From Bacilli bacterium (GTDB lineage Bacteria > Bacillota_I > Bacilli_A > RFN20 > CAG-288), in contig JALCLG010000001.1 of NCBI GenBank assembly GCA_022647725.1, forward strand, positions 1,069,535 through 1,133,534: a stretch of 64,000 nucleotides of DNA. The letters run 5' to 3'. Of this stretch, positions 54,702 to 63,051 are shown piece by piece; position 1 is the first letter of the stretch; each line of letters opens with the position of its first letter. Below the pieces are notes generated by a model. The model ran no database searches. It had not been told where the DNA came from and saw only the letters and a list, made by a program, of their open reading frames with translations. Position numbers and translations under genes: made by a program.

Positions 54702-56111
54702 CGGATAAAGCCTATCGGCATAGGCCGACCAGGTGTAGTTCATTTTGTAATCCGTGAGAGCATCGCTAGGAACATAAAGGTTGGCATTCGTCCCTTTTAA
54801 GAGACCTTGGCCGACTGCCAAGGTGCTCGGCTTCGGATTGAGGATCCGGATCTCTTTTAAGGCAGGAAGCTTACTGAAAGAGTCATCCTCGATGAAGCGG
54901 AGGCTGGACTGCAGCATCAGACTTGTCAAGGTATCGGAAACAAGAGCCCCAGACGTAAAGGAAGTCACCCTCTTTCCGTGATAGCTGAACGGGACAATCA
55001 GGCTCTTTTTGGTCTGACCCTCGCTGGAAAGACCCGTCACCGTTGCTTCCGTGTCCGTTTCGGAATAAGTAAAGCCACTGGCATCCGTGACATCGCCGGT
55101 GGTCTGACTTTCCGGCGGAATGACCGGCAGGCTGGGATCCGGGATGGACGTTTGCGACGTATCCTTTAAGACCAGCTTCAGATCCTGAATCAGAGCTTTG
55201 GTGAAAAGGATGGCTCCGCTGTTGTTGAGGTGGAAGTTGGTGTCGTAGAACCAACCGCTGTCCAAAAGAGAGCTGTGCGGATTCCCCAGGATCGGGAAGG
55301 TGAGCTGACTGGCTAAATAGTCGTAATACGAATCGAGGTTTCCGCTGACGACAGCCTTCGCATTCATCGGAGCAAACCGGTAATAGACTTTAGTCCCTCT
55401 TCCCGTGACATCCTTAGCATAATTATTGAGGTAACTTACGAAATCCTTGGCAATGACATTCTGCGCCAAATAAATCGGAGTGGTTCTGTCGTAGCCTCCG
55501 GAAAGGAGGTTATACTGACAGTCCTCATACTGGATATCGCCATAGGCATCAAAAGAGTCCCGGTTATAGATGCCGCCGGGGTCAATCACCTTTCCGGAGG
55601 CGACATAGGACAGCTTCTCTCCGGCAAAGGACGGCAGATCTCCGATCATCCGTTTGCGGTCTTCCCACGACACCTTGTTGACTAAACCGAAGTCACCGTC
55701 ACAGGCTTCCCACATGCTCTTGCCGTTGAAGTAGAGGGAAAGAGTCTGAGCATTCTGCTCCGGCGAGATGACGACCAGGTCATCCTTGGTCAGATACGGC
55801 TTAGCAAGATCCAGCATCACCTTGGTTCCTAAGGAGGCATACATGCCAAAGTCGATCGTCGTATAGGACGGGAGCTGTTCTTCGACTAACGGACACCTTA
55901 GACTGAAAGGAACCGAGCTTCCCCCGATGACGACGATCTTCTTGCCGGTCGTCTCCTGAAGACGCTTTACTTTGTATTTGAGCTCTCCGGTGAAGGCTTT
56001 GTCAAACTGCGTCGGCAATCCGAAAGCCGTGACGGACACAAACAAAGGTCCTGCTAAGAGAGCACAGGCCAGCGTCACGCTAAGGATCACCGCTTTGGTT
56101 TTGTTTTTCAT
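54693..56111 (-). CDS. DltD/AlgJ-like extracytoplasmic protein (membrane-anchored) with a C-terminal BspA-type LRR extension
   Basis: An N-terminal TM anchor is present. KKIVVIGGSSVPFSL and DLVVISPEQN resemble the DltD GSSE region. The C-terminus SLIVPFSYHGKRVTSFTSGALVSDTLTSLMLQSSLRFIEDDSFSKLPALKEIRI has LRR character. The gene lies immediately downstream of the MBOAT gene. Confidence 0.6.
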   Translation of the reverse strand: MKNKTKAVILSVTLACALLAGPLFVSVTAFGLPTQFDKAFTGELKYKVKRLQETTGKKIVVIGGSSVPFSLRCPLVEEQLPSYTTIDFGMYASLGTKVMLDLAKPYLTKDDLVVISPEQNAQTLSLYFNGKSMWEACDGDFGLVNKVSWEDRKRMIGDLPSFAGEKLSYVASGKVIDPGGIYNRDSFDAYGDIQYEDCQYNLLSGGYDRTTPIYLAQNVIAKDFVSYLNNYAKDVTGRGTKVYYRFAPMNAKAVVSGNLDSYYDYLASQLTFPILGNPHSSLLDSGWFYDTNFHLNNSGAILFTKALIQDLKLVLKDTSQTSIPDPSLPVIPPESQTTGDVTDASGFTYSETDTEATVTGLSSEGQTKKSLIVPFSYHGKRVTSFTSGALVSDTLTSLMLQSSLRFIEDDSFSKLPALKEIRILNPKPSTLAVGQGLLKGTNANLYVPSDALTDYKMNYTWSAYADRLYPLS

Positions 56112-56114
56112 GGG

Positions 56115-57575
56115 TCAGAACTGGAAATAGATAAATCCGCTTTCTCCTTTCGTCGACAACAGATACAGCCAGGAGACCGTAACCGTCACGATCAATGTGA
56201 CATAGATGAGGGAGACCTTGGAAAGCTTGGAAAAGTCAATCTTCCCCTGATCATCCTTAACCATCGCAAGTCTGGGAAGATAAGGAAGAATCAGGACTAA
56301 GACAATCGCTCCTAAGGTCGCCGGAATCATCATCCGGTTATCGAAGAAAGCAAAGCCGTCGCCGGTTAAGAACGACGTAAAGATCTTCTCAAAGCAGAGG
56401 AAGGCCTCCTCCACGCTTTGGCTGCGGAAGAAGATCCAGGTCAAGGTCACGAAGACAAAGGTCGTCAGGATGCGGAAAAGATGGTAGCCTTTCTCGTTCC
56501 AGTGATGCTTGGCACGGAAATCAGCAAAAGGCTTACCCACCAAATCCTCGAATCCGACGGCTAAGCCATGACAGACTCCCCAGAGGACGAAGGTCCAGTT
56601 GGCACCATGCCAGAGTCCGCTTAAGGTAAAGACGATCAGCACATTGAGAAGCTGTCTTGGCTTGCCTTTCCGATTGCCGCCTAAGGGAATATAAAGATAA
56701 TCGGTCAGCCACCGGCTCAAGGTGATATGCCAGCGTTTCCAAAAGTCCCGGACGGAACAGGCAAGGTAGGGCTTATCGAAGTTATCCGTGAGCTTGATTC
56801 CCATCAGCCGGGCGGAGCCGATGGCGATATCGCTGTAACCGGAGAAGTCGGCATAGATCTGGAAGAAGAATAAGAGAGTCGCTACCAAAATGCTGGCACC
56901 GGAGGCCGTGTCCAAGGACCCGTAGACCGGGTCAACGGCCAAGGCCAGAAAGTCGGCAACCACGACCTTTTTGACGAATCCGGAAATCAGATACTGTAAG
57001 CCGATGCTGCCGTTTTCAAAGGAGAGCGTCTGCTTTGTCTTCAATTGCGGAAGCAGCTCTTCCGGACGCTCAATCGGACCCGCCACCAATTGAGGAAAGT
57101 AGCTGACATAAAGGGCGTAGTAGAAAATGTTTCTTTCGGCGGCAAACTTGCCATGGTAGACATCGATGACATAGCTTAAGGTCTGGAACGTATAGAAGGA
57201 GATGCCGATGGGAAGGATAATCGCAAGCGCCGGGTCACTCCAGTTGGCATGGAAGAGATTGGCTAGGGACACGACGCTGGTGATGGCAAAGTCAAGATAC
57301 TTGAAGACAAAAAGCAACAACAGACAGGCCGTGACGGTAAGGACCATCCACGCCTTCTTCTTTTTCGGATTTTCAGTCTTCTCAATCCCGAGGCTTCCCC
57401 CATAGGTCATGAGGGTGGTTGCCAGAATCAGGAAGATCAGCCACGGATTCAGGAAGGCGTAAAAGAAATAGGAGGCAACCAACAGGAAATAGACCCGGAA
57501 ACGGAACGGCAAAAGCCAGTAGATCAGAAGAACAACCGGCAGATAAATCAGAAAAGCCAGGGAGTTAAAGCTCAT
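56115..57575 (-). CDS. MBOAT-family membrane-bound O-acyltransferase (AlgI/DltB/PatA-like)
   Basis: The protein is 486 aa and polytopic. The MBOAT motifs include LPIGISFYTFQTLSYVIDVY and the conserved His region WHGANWTF...LWGVCHG. Confidence 0.9.
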   Translation of the reverse strand: MSFNSLAFLIYLPVVLLIYWLLPFRFRVYFLLVASYFFYAFLNPWLIFLILATTLMTYGGSLGIEKTENPKKKKAWMVLTVTACLLLLFVFKYLDFAITSVVSLANLFHANWSDPALAIILPIGISFYTFQTLSYVIDVYHGKFAAERNIFYYALYVSYFPQLVAGPIERPEELLPQLKTKQTLSFENGSIGLQYLISGFVKKVVVADFLALAVDPVYGSLDTASGASILVATLLFFFQIYADFSGYSDIAIGSARLMGIKLTDNFDKPYLACSVRDFWKRWHITLSRWLTDYLYIPLGGNRKGKPRQLLNVLIVFTLSGLWHGANWTFVLWGVCHGLAVGFEDLVGKPFADFRAKHHWNEKGYHLFRILTTFVFVTLTWIFFRSQSVEEAFLCFEKIFTSFLTGDGFAFFDNRMMIPATLGAIVLVLILPYLPRLAMVKDDQGKIDFSKLSKVSLIYVTLIVTVTVSWLYLLSTKGESGFIYFQF

Positions 57576-57819
57576 GGGCTTTCTCCCTGGCTAAAAATCC
57601 ACTTAACGACCCGACGGAGAGAATCAGAAAGGAGACGACGATCTCAACGGCACTGACCTGATCGACCCACAGCAGAATGAGATAACCGGCGACGGCCAGG
57701 ATTCCTAACAGGGGAATCCACCAGCCCTTCTTGACGAAGAAGCCGCTGGCTAGCAGAACAAGAAAGACCAGGATAAAGAGAGAAAGCAGAAGTGGTGACG
57801 ACAGAATCTGGCTGTTCAT
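57565..57819 (-). CDS. Small membrane protein (2-3 TM helices) translationally coupled to the MBOAT gene; DltX-like position
   Basis: The protein is 84 aa and hydrophobic. It overlaps the MBOAT start by 11 nt. Confidence 0.4.
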   Translation of the reverse strand: MNSQILSSPLLLSLFILVFLVLLASGFFVKKGWWIPLLGILAVAGYLILLWVDQVSAVEIVVSFLILSVGSLSGFLAREKAHEL

Positions 57820-57875
57820 TGCTCTGAAACCTTGCTTCTATTCTAGAAGAAACCGGCAGGCGAGGCAAGGAAAGA

Positions 57876-59840
57876 CTAAGCAGCGAAACGCTGAGCGTCC
57901 TTGGCTTTGGCCTGGCTTCTCAGCTGAGCGTATTCGGCGCTGAGGCTGGCATCATAGGCGGCTTTCTTCTCCGCCGCTTCCTTTGCCTTAGCCTCTTTGG
58001 CAGCCTTTTCTTCCGGCGTCAGCTTATTTTCTTCTTCGGTCTTCTTGGCTTCGGCTTCCTTAGCCTTGGCTTCCTTCTTCGACTCCGCTAAGGCCTTCTT
58101 TTCGGCCGCCTGCTTGTCCTTGATGGCTTTCTGATCTTCGTACTTCTTCTCTTCGGCCTCAAAGTTGAGACCCTTCTTCTCACAGGTTGCCTTCAGCTCG
58201 GCTTTGCGGGCTTCCTCGGCCTTCTCGTCCAGCTCTTTCTGCTCATTGGCTAAACGGACAGCCGGCTCGACATAACTGACGCCGTTAGCCAGACATTTGG
58301 CTTTCTGGTCTTCGGTGATAGCCGCCTGATCGAGCTTGGAGAACTTCTCGACGTTCATGAAGAGGAACATGATGCCGATCGCTAAGTAGGCAATGGCTTC
58401 GCCGCCGAAGAAGATCCAGCTTAAGGCAGTCTTGGCAGCATCAGGCTGACCGGAGACTGCTAAGGTCGCATCATAGCCGGTCTGCGAAAGGACACCGTTG
58501 ATGATGCCGTTGGCCAGACCGTTCATACCGATCATGATGGCACCGTAGATTGACATCGTGAAGCCATCGGTCCGGAAGCCATGAAGAGCTTCCTGATGAT
58601 CAAGCACATCCGAGAGCAAGGCCAGCGAGACATACATCGCCGGCACACTGCCGAGGGCTTTGATGACAAAGGCTGCTACGGCAACCGGGACGTTGTTGGC
58701 ACCCCAGAAGATGCCGATGACGCCGCCGATGACGGATAAGAGGGCACCATAGAGGATGGACTTGCCCTTGCCGAACTTGTTGGCTAACGGCCAGACAATC
58801 AGCATGCCGACACCGGTCGGAATGGCACCGATGGTATTGATCAGAGAATTGACGATGCCGCCGTAGGTGGTGTTGTAGGTGGCTCCGTTAAGACTGGCGA
58901 CACGGCTTGAATCCGGATCAGCAAAGAGCCACTGCGAGTAATACGTGCAGGAGCAATTCTTCAGCTGACCGCCAAGCTGGTAAAGGAGGAAGAAGAGGAT
59001 AATAAACCACCAATACTTATCACTGACGCAGACTTTCATCTGCTTGGTCATCGAGATGGTGTTGGCTTTCGTCTCCGGGATGCCTAAGGCCAGATTCTCC
59101 TCAGTGATCCGCTCTCTTGTGAAGTAATATTCAATCAGCATGCCGATGGCGGAGACGACAATGAGGATGATCATGAAGACACGCCAGGCATTGTAGGAAG
59201 CCAACGGATCGCCATCCTTGAACAAGAAGCTCTGGAAGAGCGGGAAGACCATGTTGCAGGCCAGACCCACCGCGGCCAGACCGGAAGCATTGGAAGCCGT
59301 GGCTAACAGGCCACGGTGATTGGAGTTACGGGTCGAAAGGTTGACCAGAGCGGAGTGAGCGACATAGTAGAACGGATAGGAGATGGCATAGTAGAGGTTA
59401 TAGCCGATGGCGACCCAGATCAGGGTTGCCATCGAATTCTCAGCGGTCGGATTATCGGCCGGATACGGTGCGAAGAACAAGAGGAAGATAGCCACGGCAA
59501 TAAGCGGAATGGCTAATAAAAGAAGCGGTCTTGCCTTGCCGGCATGCGTCTTGTTCTTGTTCATCAGCCGGCCGACCAGAAGATTGCCTAAGACGACGGT
59601 GATGACCGAGATGATCGGTAACCAGATTGAGAAAGCCTTGGCCCAGCTCGTCAGGCCTAAGACATCGGTGTAATACTTGTTGAGATAGCCGTTCAGCAAG
59701 GCATTCGAGAATAATGCCAGTGCCGGACCGACCAGATAACCTAAGGCGGCCTCCGGGAAGAGCTTCACATTGGCGCTCTTGACCTTGGTCGACAGAACCG
59801 GATTGTCGAAGAAACTCTTCTTTGTTTTGGCTTCTGCCAT
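57876..59840 (-). CDS. MFS transporter of the glycoside-pentoside-hexuronide (GPH):cation symporter family with a roughly 175-aa Lys/Glu/Ala-rich C-terminal tail
   Basis: There are 12 predicted TM segments in a GPH-like arrangement. The C-terminus KAEEARKAELKATCEKK...KEAEAKKTEEENKLTPEEKAAKEAKAKEAAEKKAAY is low-complexity and probably helical. The gene is adjacent to a GH78 rhamnosidase gene. Confidence 0.8.
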   Translation of the reverse strand: MAEAKTKKSFFDNPVLSTKVKSANVKLFPEAALGYLVGPALALFSNALLNGYLNKYYTDVLGLTSWAKAFSIWLPIISVITVVLGNLLVGRLMNKNKTHAGKARPLLLLAIPLIAVAIFLLFFAPYPADNPTAENSMATLIWVAIGYNLYYAISYPFYYVAHSALVNLSTRNSNHRGLLATASNASGLAAVGLACNMVFPLFQSFLFKDGDPLASYNAWRVFMIILIVVSAIGMLIEYYFTRERITEENLALGIPETKANTISMTKQMKVCVSDKYWWFIILFFLLYQLGGQLKNCSCTYYSQWLFADPDSSRVASLNGATYNTTYGGIVNSLINTIGAIPTGVGMLIVWPLANKFGKGKSILYGALLSVIGGVIGIFWGANNVPVAVAAFVIKALGSVPAMYVSLALLSDVLDHQEALHGFRTDGFTMSIYGAIMIGMNGLANGIINGVLSQTGYDATLAVSGQPDAAKTALSWIFFGGEAIAYLAIGIMFLFMNVEKFSKLDQAAITEDQKAKCLANGVSYVEPAVRLANEQKELDEKAEEARKAELKATCEKKGLNFEAEEKKYEDQKAIKDKQAAEKKALAESKKEAKAKEAEAKKTEEENKLTPEEKAAKEAKAKEAAEKKAAYDASLSAEYAQLRSQAKAKDAQRFAA

Positions 59841-59860
59841 AAAGGATATTCCCCTTTCTC

Positions 59861-62425
59861 CTAAGCCAGCGACACCGTTTCGGTGACATCGCCGCTAGGA
59901 TAGACTTTTTCTTTGCCATTGGGTAGGCCGATGACACTTTCGGTTCCCATTGGGACGTGAACGGTTAACGTAAACGTCTTGCCTTCGACTTTCCAGGCCA
60001 CATGGATGGGACCGTTGGGAGTCAAGGTCGTTGTCTCACAGGAGGTGATGCCTCCGCCTAAGACCGGCTTGACTAAGAAGCGGCGATAGCCCGGTTCCAG
60101 GATACGGACACCGGCCAGCCGGGTATAGAGGAAGTTGCCGACGCTGCCTAAGGCATAGTGGTTGAAGGAGATCATGTTGCCGGTACCATCGGTGGAGGGT
60201 CTGGCCGTGCCGTCAGCTAACTGACCATCGAACTTCTCCCAGATGGTCGTCCCGCCGACTTTGACGTTGTAAAGCCAGCTCGGCGCTTCGGTATTCAAGA
60301 GCATCTTGTAGGCGACATCGCTATGGCCGTTATCGGCCAGGGCATAGAGGATATACGGCGTTCCCGGGAAGCCGGTGCCGATCTTGTAGTTGTTCTTCTC
60401 AATCAAGCTAACCAGATTGTCGATGGCCTTGGTCCGCATCTCCGGCGTCAGCATTTCGAAGTGGATCGGTAAGACATAGCCTGTCTGGAACTCCTGCTTC
60501 TTCAGCTTGCCCGTCTCTTTGTCTAAGAAGATATCGCTGTAGGCTTTGGCTACCTTGTCGGAATACTTGATCAGCCGGTCGGCATCCTCGTTCTTGCCGA
60601 GATACGAGGCAATCTTGGATAGGAGCATGGTGGTTCGCCGCAAGCTGGCCGTGGCGGTATACATGGACCGCTTCTGCCAGGCACTCATCTTATCGATGTC
60701 CGGTGCGACCCAGTCCCCGAAGTGAAGCATGCTCGGCGTATGCCAGATATACCGGTATTCGCCGACTCCCCAGATCCGGGCCCAGAACTTGCAGGCATTG
60801 ACATACTTCATCATGGCCGGATACATCCGTTCCAGCATGCCCTTGTCGGCATAGCTGAGATAGAGGCAATACGGCACCGTCACAATGGCATCGCCCCAGA
60901 AGTCCACGGCCATCTTCGGCATCGTGGCCGGGAACTTATAGCCATGGCAGGGAACCGTATTCGGAACACCGCCGGTGGGAAGCTGCTCTGAGCGGACATC
61001 CTTGAGCCATTTGATGAGGAAACGTTTCATCTGGAAGTCGTAGCAGGCGGTCGGTCCGAAGATTGACACATCGCCGGTCCAGCCCATCCGTTCATCCCGC
61101 TGTGGACAATCGGTCGGAATATCCATGAAGTTGCTTCTCGCTGACCAACGGATATTATGGTCGAGCTGATTGAGCATCTCGTTGGAGCAATGGAACGAAC
61201 CCGTCTCCGGCAAGTCACTGGTAAGGTGATAGCCGATGACTTCGACATCCTCCGGAGCAATGCCCTCCACTGAAATATAACGGAAGCCCATATAGGTGAA
61301 CTCCGGCGCATATTCCTGTTCACCATCCTTGCAGTGAATTGTCAAGGTCGCTTTGGCTGAACGGAGCAAGGAAAGGTTTAGCTCCCCTTCCTTGGTCAGG
61401 ACTTCGGCGTGATGGACCACAATCGTCTGACCCTTCTTGGCATGATGAATCTTCAGGCTGACAATACCTGAAAAGTTCTGCTTGAAATCATAAAGTGTTT
61501 TGCCTGCCTCTTTCCGTAAGATAACAGGAATCATTTCACGGTTACGGACAATCGGACAGGAATAATCAGCGACAATCTCCGGATGGATGGACACCTTCTC
61601 CAGCCCTGCCTTATGGTAAGGAAGAGCCAGGATATCCTGGGTAAGATCAACGGTTTCGCCATCATAGATGTCGGCCATCTGATACGGGCCCTTTGTGGTG
61701 ACATCAAAGGAGGTATCCGACGGAATCACCACTTGGCTGCCATCGTCATACTGAACCCTCAGCTCCATCAGAAGACACTGACGCTTGGCATACTGGCGGT
61801 TGACTCGTGTGAAGACAAAGCTACCCACTGCCCAGCCGCCGGCCACATGGATGACAAGGTCGTTATGGGCCTGAAGCAGGTCTTTGACATCATAGGTCTG
61901 ATACATCAGATGATAGCGGTAGGACGTAAAGCCCGGTGCCAGATAGGCAGTGCCTACCTTTTTGCCGTTAAGATTGATCCAGTAGGTGCCTAAGGCCGTG
62001 GCATAAAGCTTGGCGGAGACAATCTTCTTTGCAAAATCCAGGCTCTTATGGAACGTCATGACCTGCGGAGAAACCTTCTTCTCCGTGAAGGAATACGTGG
62101 TATCCGTAATCGGCTTTCCGACCCACGGTGTCGTTAACCGTCCCGTCTCAAAAGAGACCGTCGCTGTGGCCGTTTCACCCTGAGCATCCTTGACAGTCAA
62201 GGTTGCCTTATAGGTGGTAAAAGGCTCTAAGGCTTTGCCGGAGTAGACAAAGTCTGACTTCTCCGTCATCTCCTGATGGGAGCCGTTATCGAGGTCAAGG
62301 CTGGCATAGACAACCTTGTTGTTGGGCTTGTCGCTTTCGCAGTAATAGCCGAAAACCGGCGCCGGGTTGTCTGTGACAACAGGACGCAGGGTTCCTTCGA
62401 CCGTCAGATCATGAATACTCAGCAT
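59861..62425 (-). CDS. Alpha-L-rhamnosidase (glycoside hydrolase family 78)
   Basis: The protein is 854 aa. The N-terminal domain, the Bac_rhamnosid six-hairpin catalytic region (DCPQRDERMGWTGD) and the C-terminal beta-sandwich are present. Confidence 0.9.
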   Translation of the reverse strand: MLSIHDLTVEGTLRPVVTDNPAPVFGYYCESDKPNNKVVYASLDLDNGSHQEMTEKSDFVYSGKALEPFTTYKATLTVKDAQGETATATVSFETGRLTTPWVGKPITDTTYSFTEKKVSPQVMTFHKSLDFAKKIVSAKLYATALGTYWINLNGKKVGTAYLAPGFTSYRYHLMYQTYDVKDLLQAHNDLVIHVAGGWAVGSFVFTRVNRQYAKRQCLLMELRVQYDDGSQVVIPSDTSFDVTTKGPYQMADIYDGETVDLTQDILALPYHKAGLEKVSIHPEIVADYSCPIVRNREMIPVILRKEAGKTLYDFKQNFSGIVSLKIHHAKKGQTIVVHHAEVLTKEGELNLSLLRSAKATLTIHCKDGEQEYAPEFTYMGFRYISVEGIAPEDVEVIGYHLTSDLPETGSFHCSNEMLNQLDHNIRWSARSNFMDIPTDCPQRDERMGWTGDVSIFGPTACYDFQMKRFLIKWLKDVRSEQLPTGGVPNTVPCHGYKFPATMPKMAVDFWGDAIVTVPYCLYLSYADKGMLERMYPAMMKYVNACKFWARIWGVGEYRYIWHTPSMLHFGDWVAPDIDKMSAWQKRSMYTATASLRRTTMLLSKIASYLGKNEDADRLIKYSDKVAKAYSDIFLDKETGKLKKQEFQTGYVLPIHFEMLTPEMRTKAIDNLVSLIEKNNYKIGTGFPGTPYILYALADNGHSDVAYKMLLNTEAPSWLYNVKVGGTTIWEKFDGQLADGTARPSTDGTGNMISFNHYALGSVGNFLYTRLAGVRILEPGYRRFLVKPVLGGGITSCETTTLTPNGPIHVAWKVEGKTFTLTVHVPMGTESVIGLPNGKEKVYPSGDVTETVSLA

Positions 62426-62483
62426 AAGCTGCTCCCTTCATCTCTCTCATCTATTTTAATAAACAACGGCTCGGAAAGGATAG

Positions 62484-62522
62484 AAAGAAAAGGGCAGGCG
62501 AGAGATCACCTGCCCTTTTCTC
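62484..62522. terminator. Bidirectional rho-independent terminator
   Basis: The hairpin GGGCAGGcgagagatcaCCTGCCC is flanked by an A-run and a T-run. Confidence 0.55.
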
Positions 62523-62536
62523 GAGTTTCAGATAGG

Positions 62537-63049
62537 CTAGGCGTTAACCTTATCGGCGGCAGCCGGAGCAACGGCCTTCTTCGCAGCGAAGAAAGCAGCG
62601 ACCACGGTGATGATCTGAGCAATCAGGTCGATGACGAGCGTAATGATGCTGGTCTTCAGAGAAGCCATATTGCTGGCCGTCTGGACTTCAGCCTTGACAT
62701 CGGCGTTGGAGCCAAGAATGTAGGCAAAGCCCTCAATACGAGGCGATAAGAAGAGAAGGAAGGCAGCCATCAACAGGACCGGAACACCAATGGCTAAGAC
62801 ATCATCGACGATTTCGACGATCTTGCCGACAATGCCGGCAAATTCGAACTGACGGAGAACAACAATGCCGCAGATGGCAAGCAGGGCAAGGATGAAGAAG
62901 ACGATGACGGTTCCGGAAGTCATACCCTGGAAGTAACCGGCAGCGCCGTTATTGACTAAGGCGAAGATGAAGGCTAAGAGAGTGAAGACAAATCCGACAG
63001 CGTACAGGAAGAAAGCAGGCGTCTGCTTCTTAATGAAATCTTTCGACAT
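62537..63049 (-). CDS. Small polytopic membrane protein (4 TM, hypothetical) downstream of the GH3 gene
   Basis: The protein is 170 aa and hydrophobic. Its start is 3 nt after the GH3 stop. Confidence 0.4.
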   Translation of the reverse strand: MSKDFIKKQTPAFFLYAVGFVFTLLAFIFALVNNGAAGYFQGMTSGTVIVFFILALLAICGIVVLRQFEFAGIVGKIVEIVDDVLAIGVPVLLMAAFLLFLSPRIEGFAYILGSNADVKAEVQTASNMASLKTSIITLVIDLIAQIITVVAAFFAAKKAVAPAAADKVNA

Positions 63050-63051
63050 GA

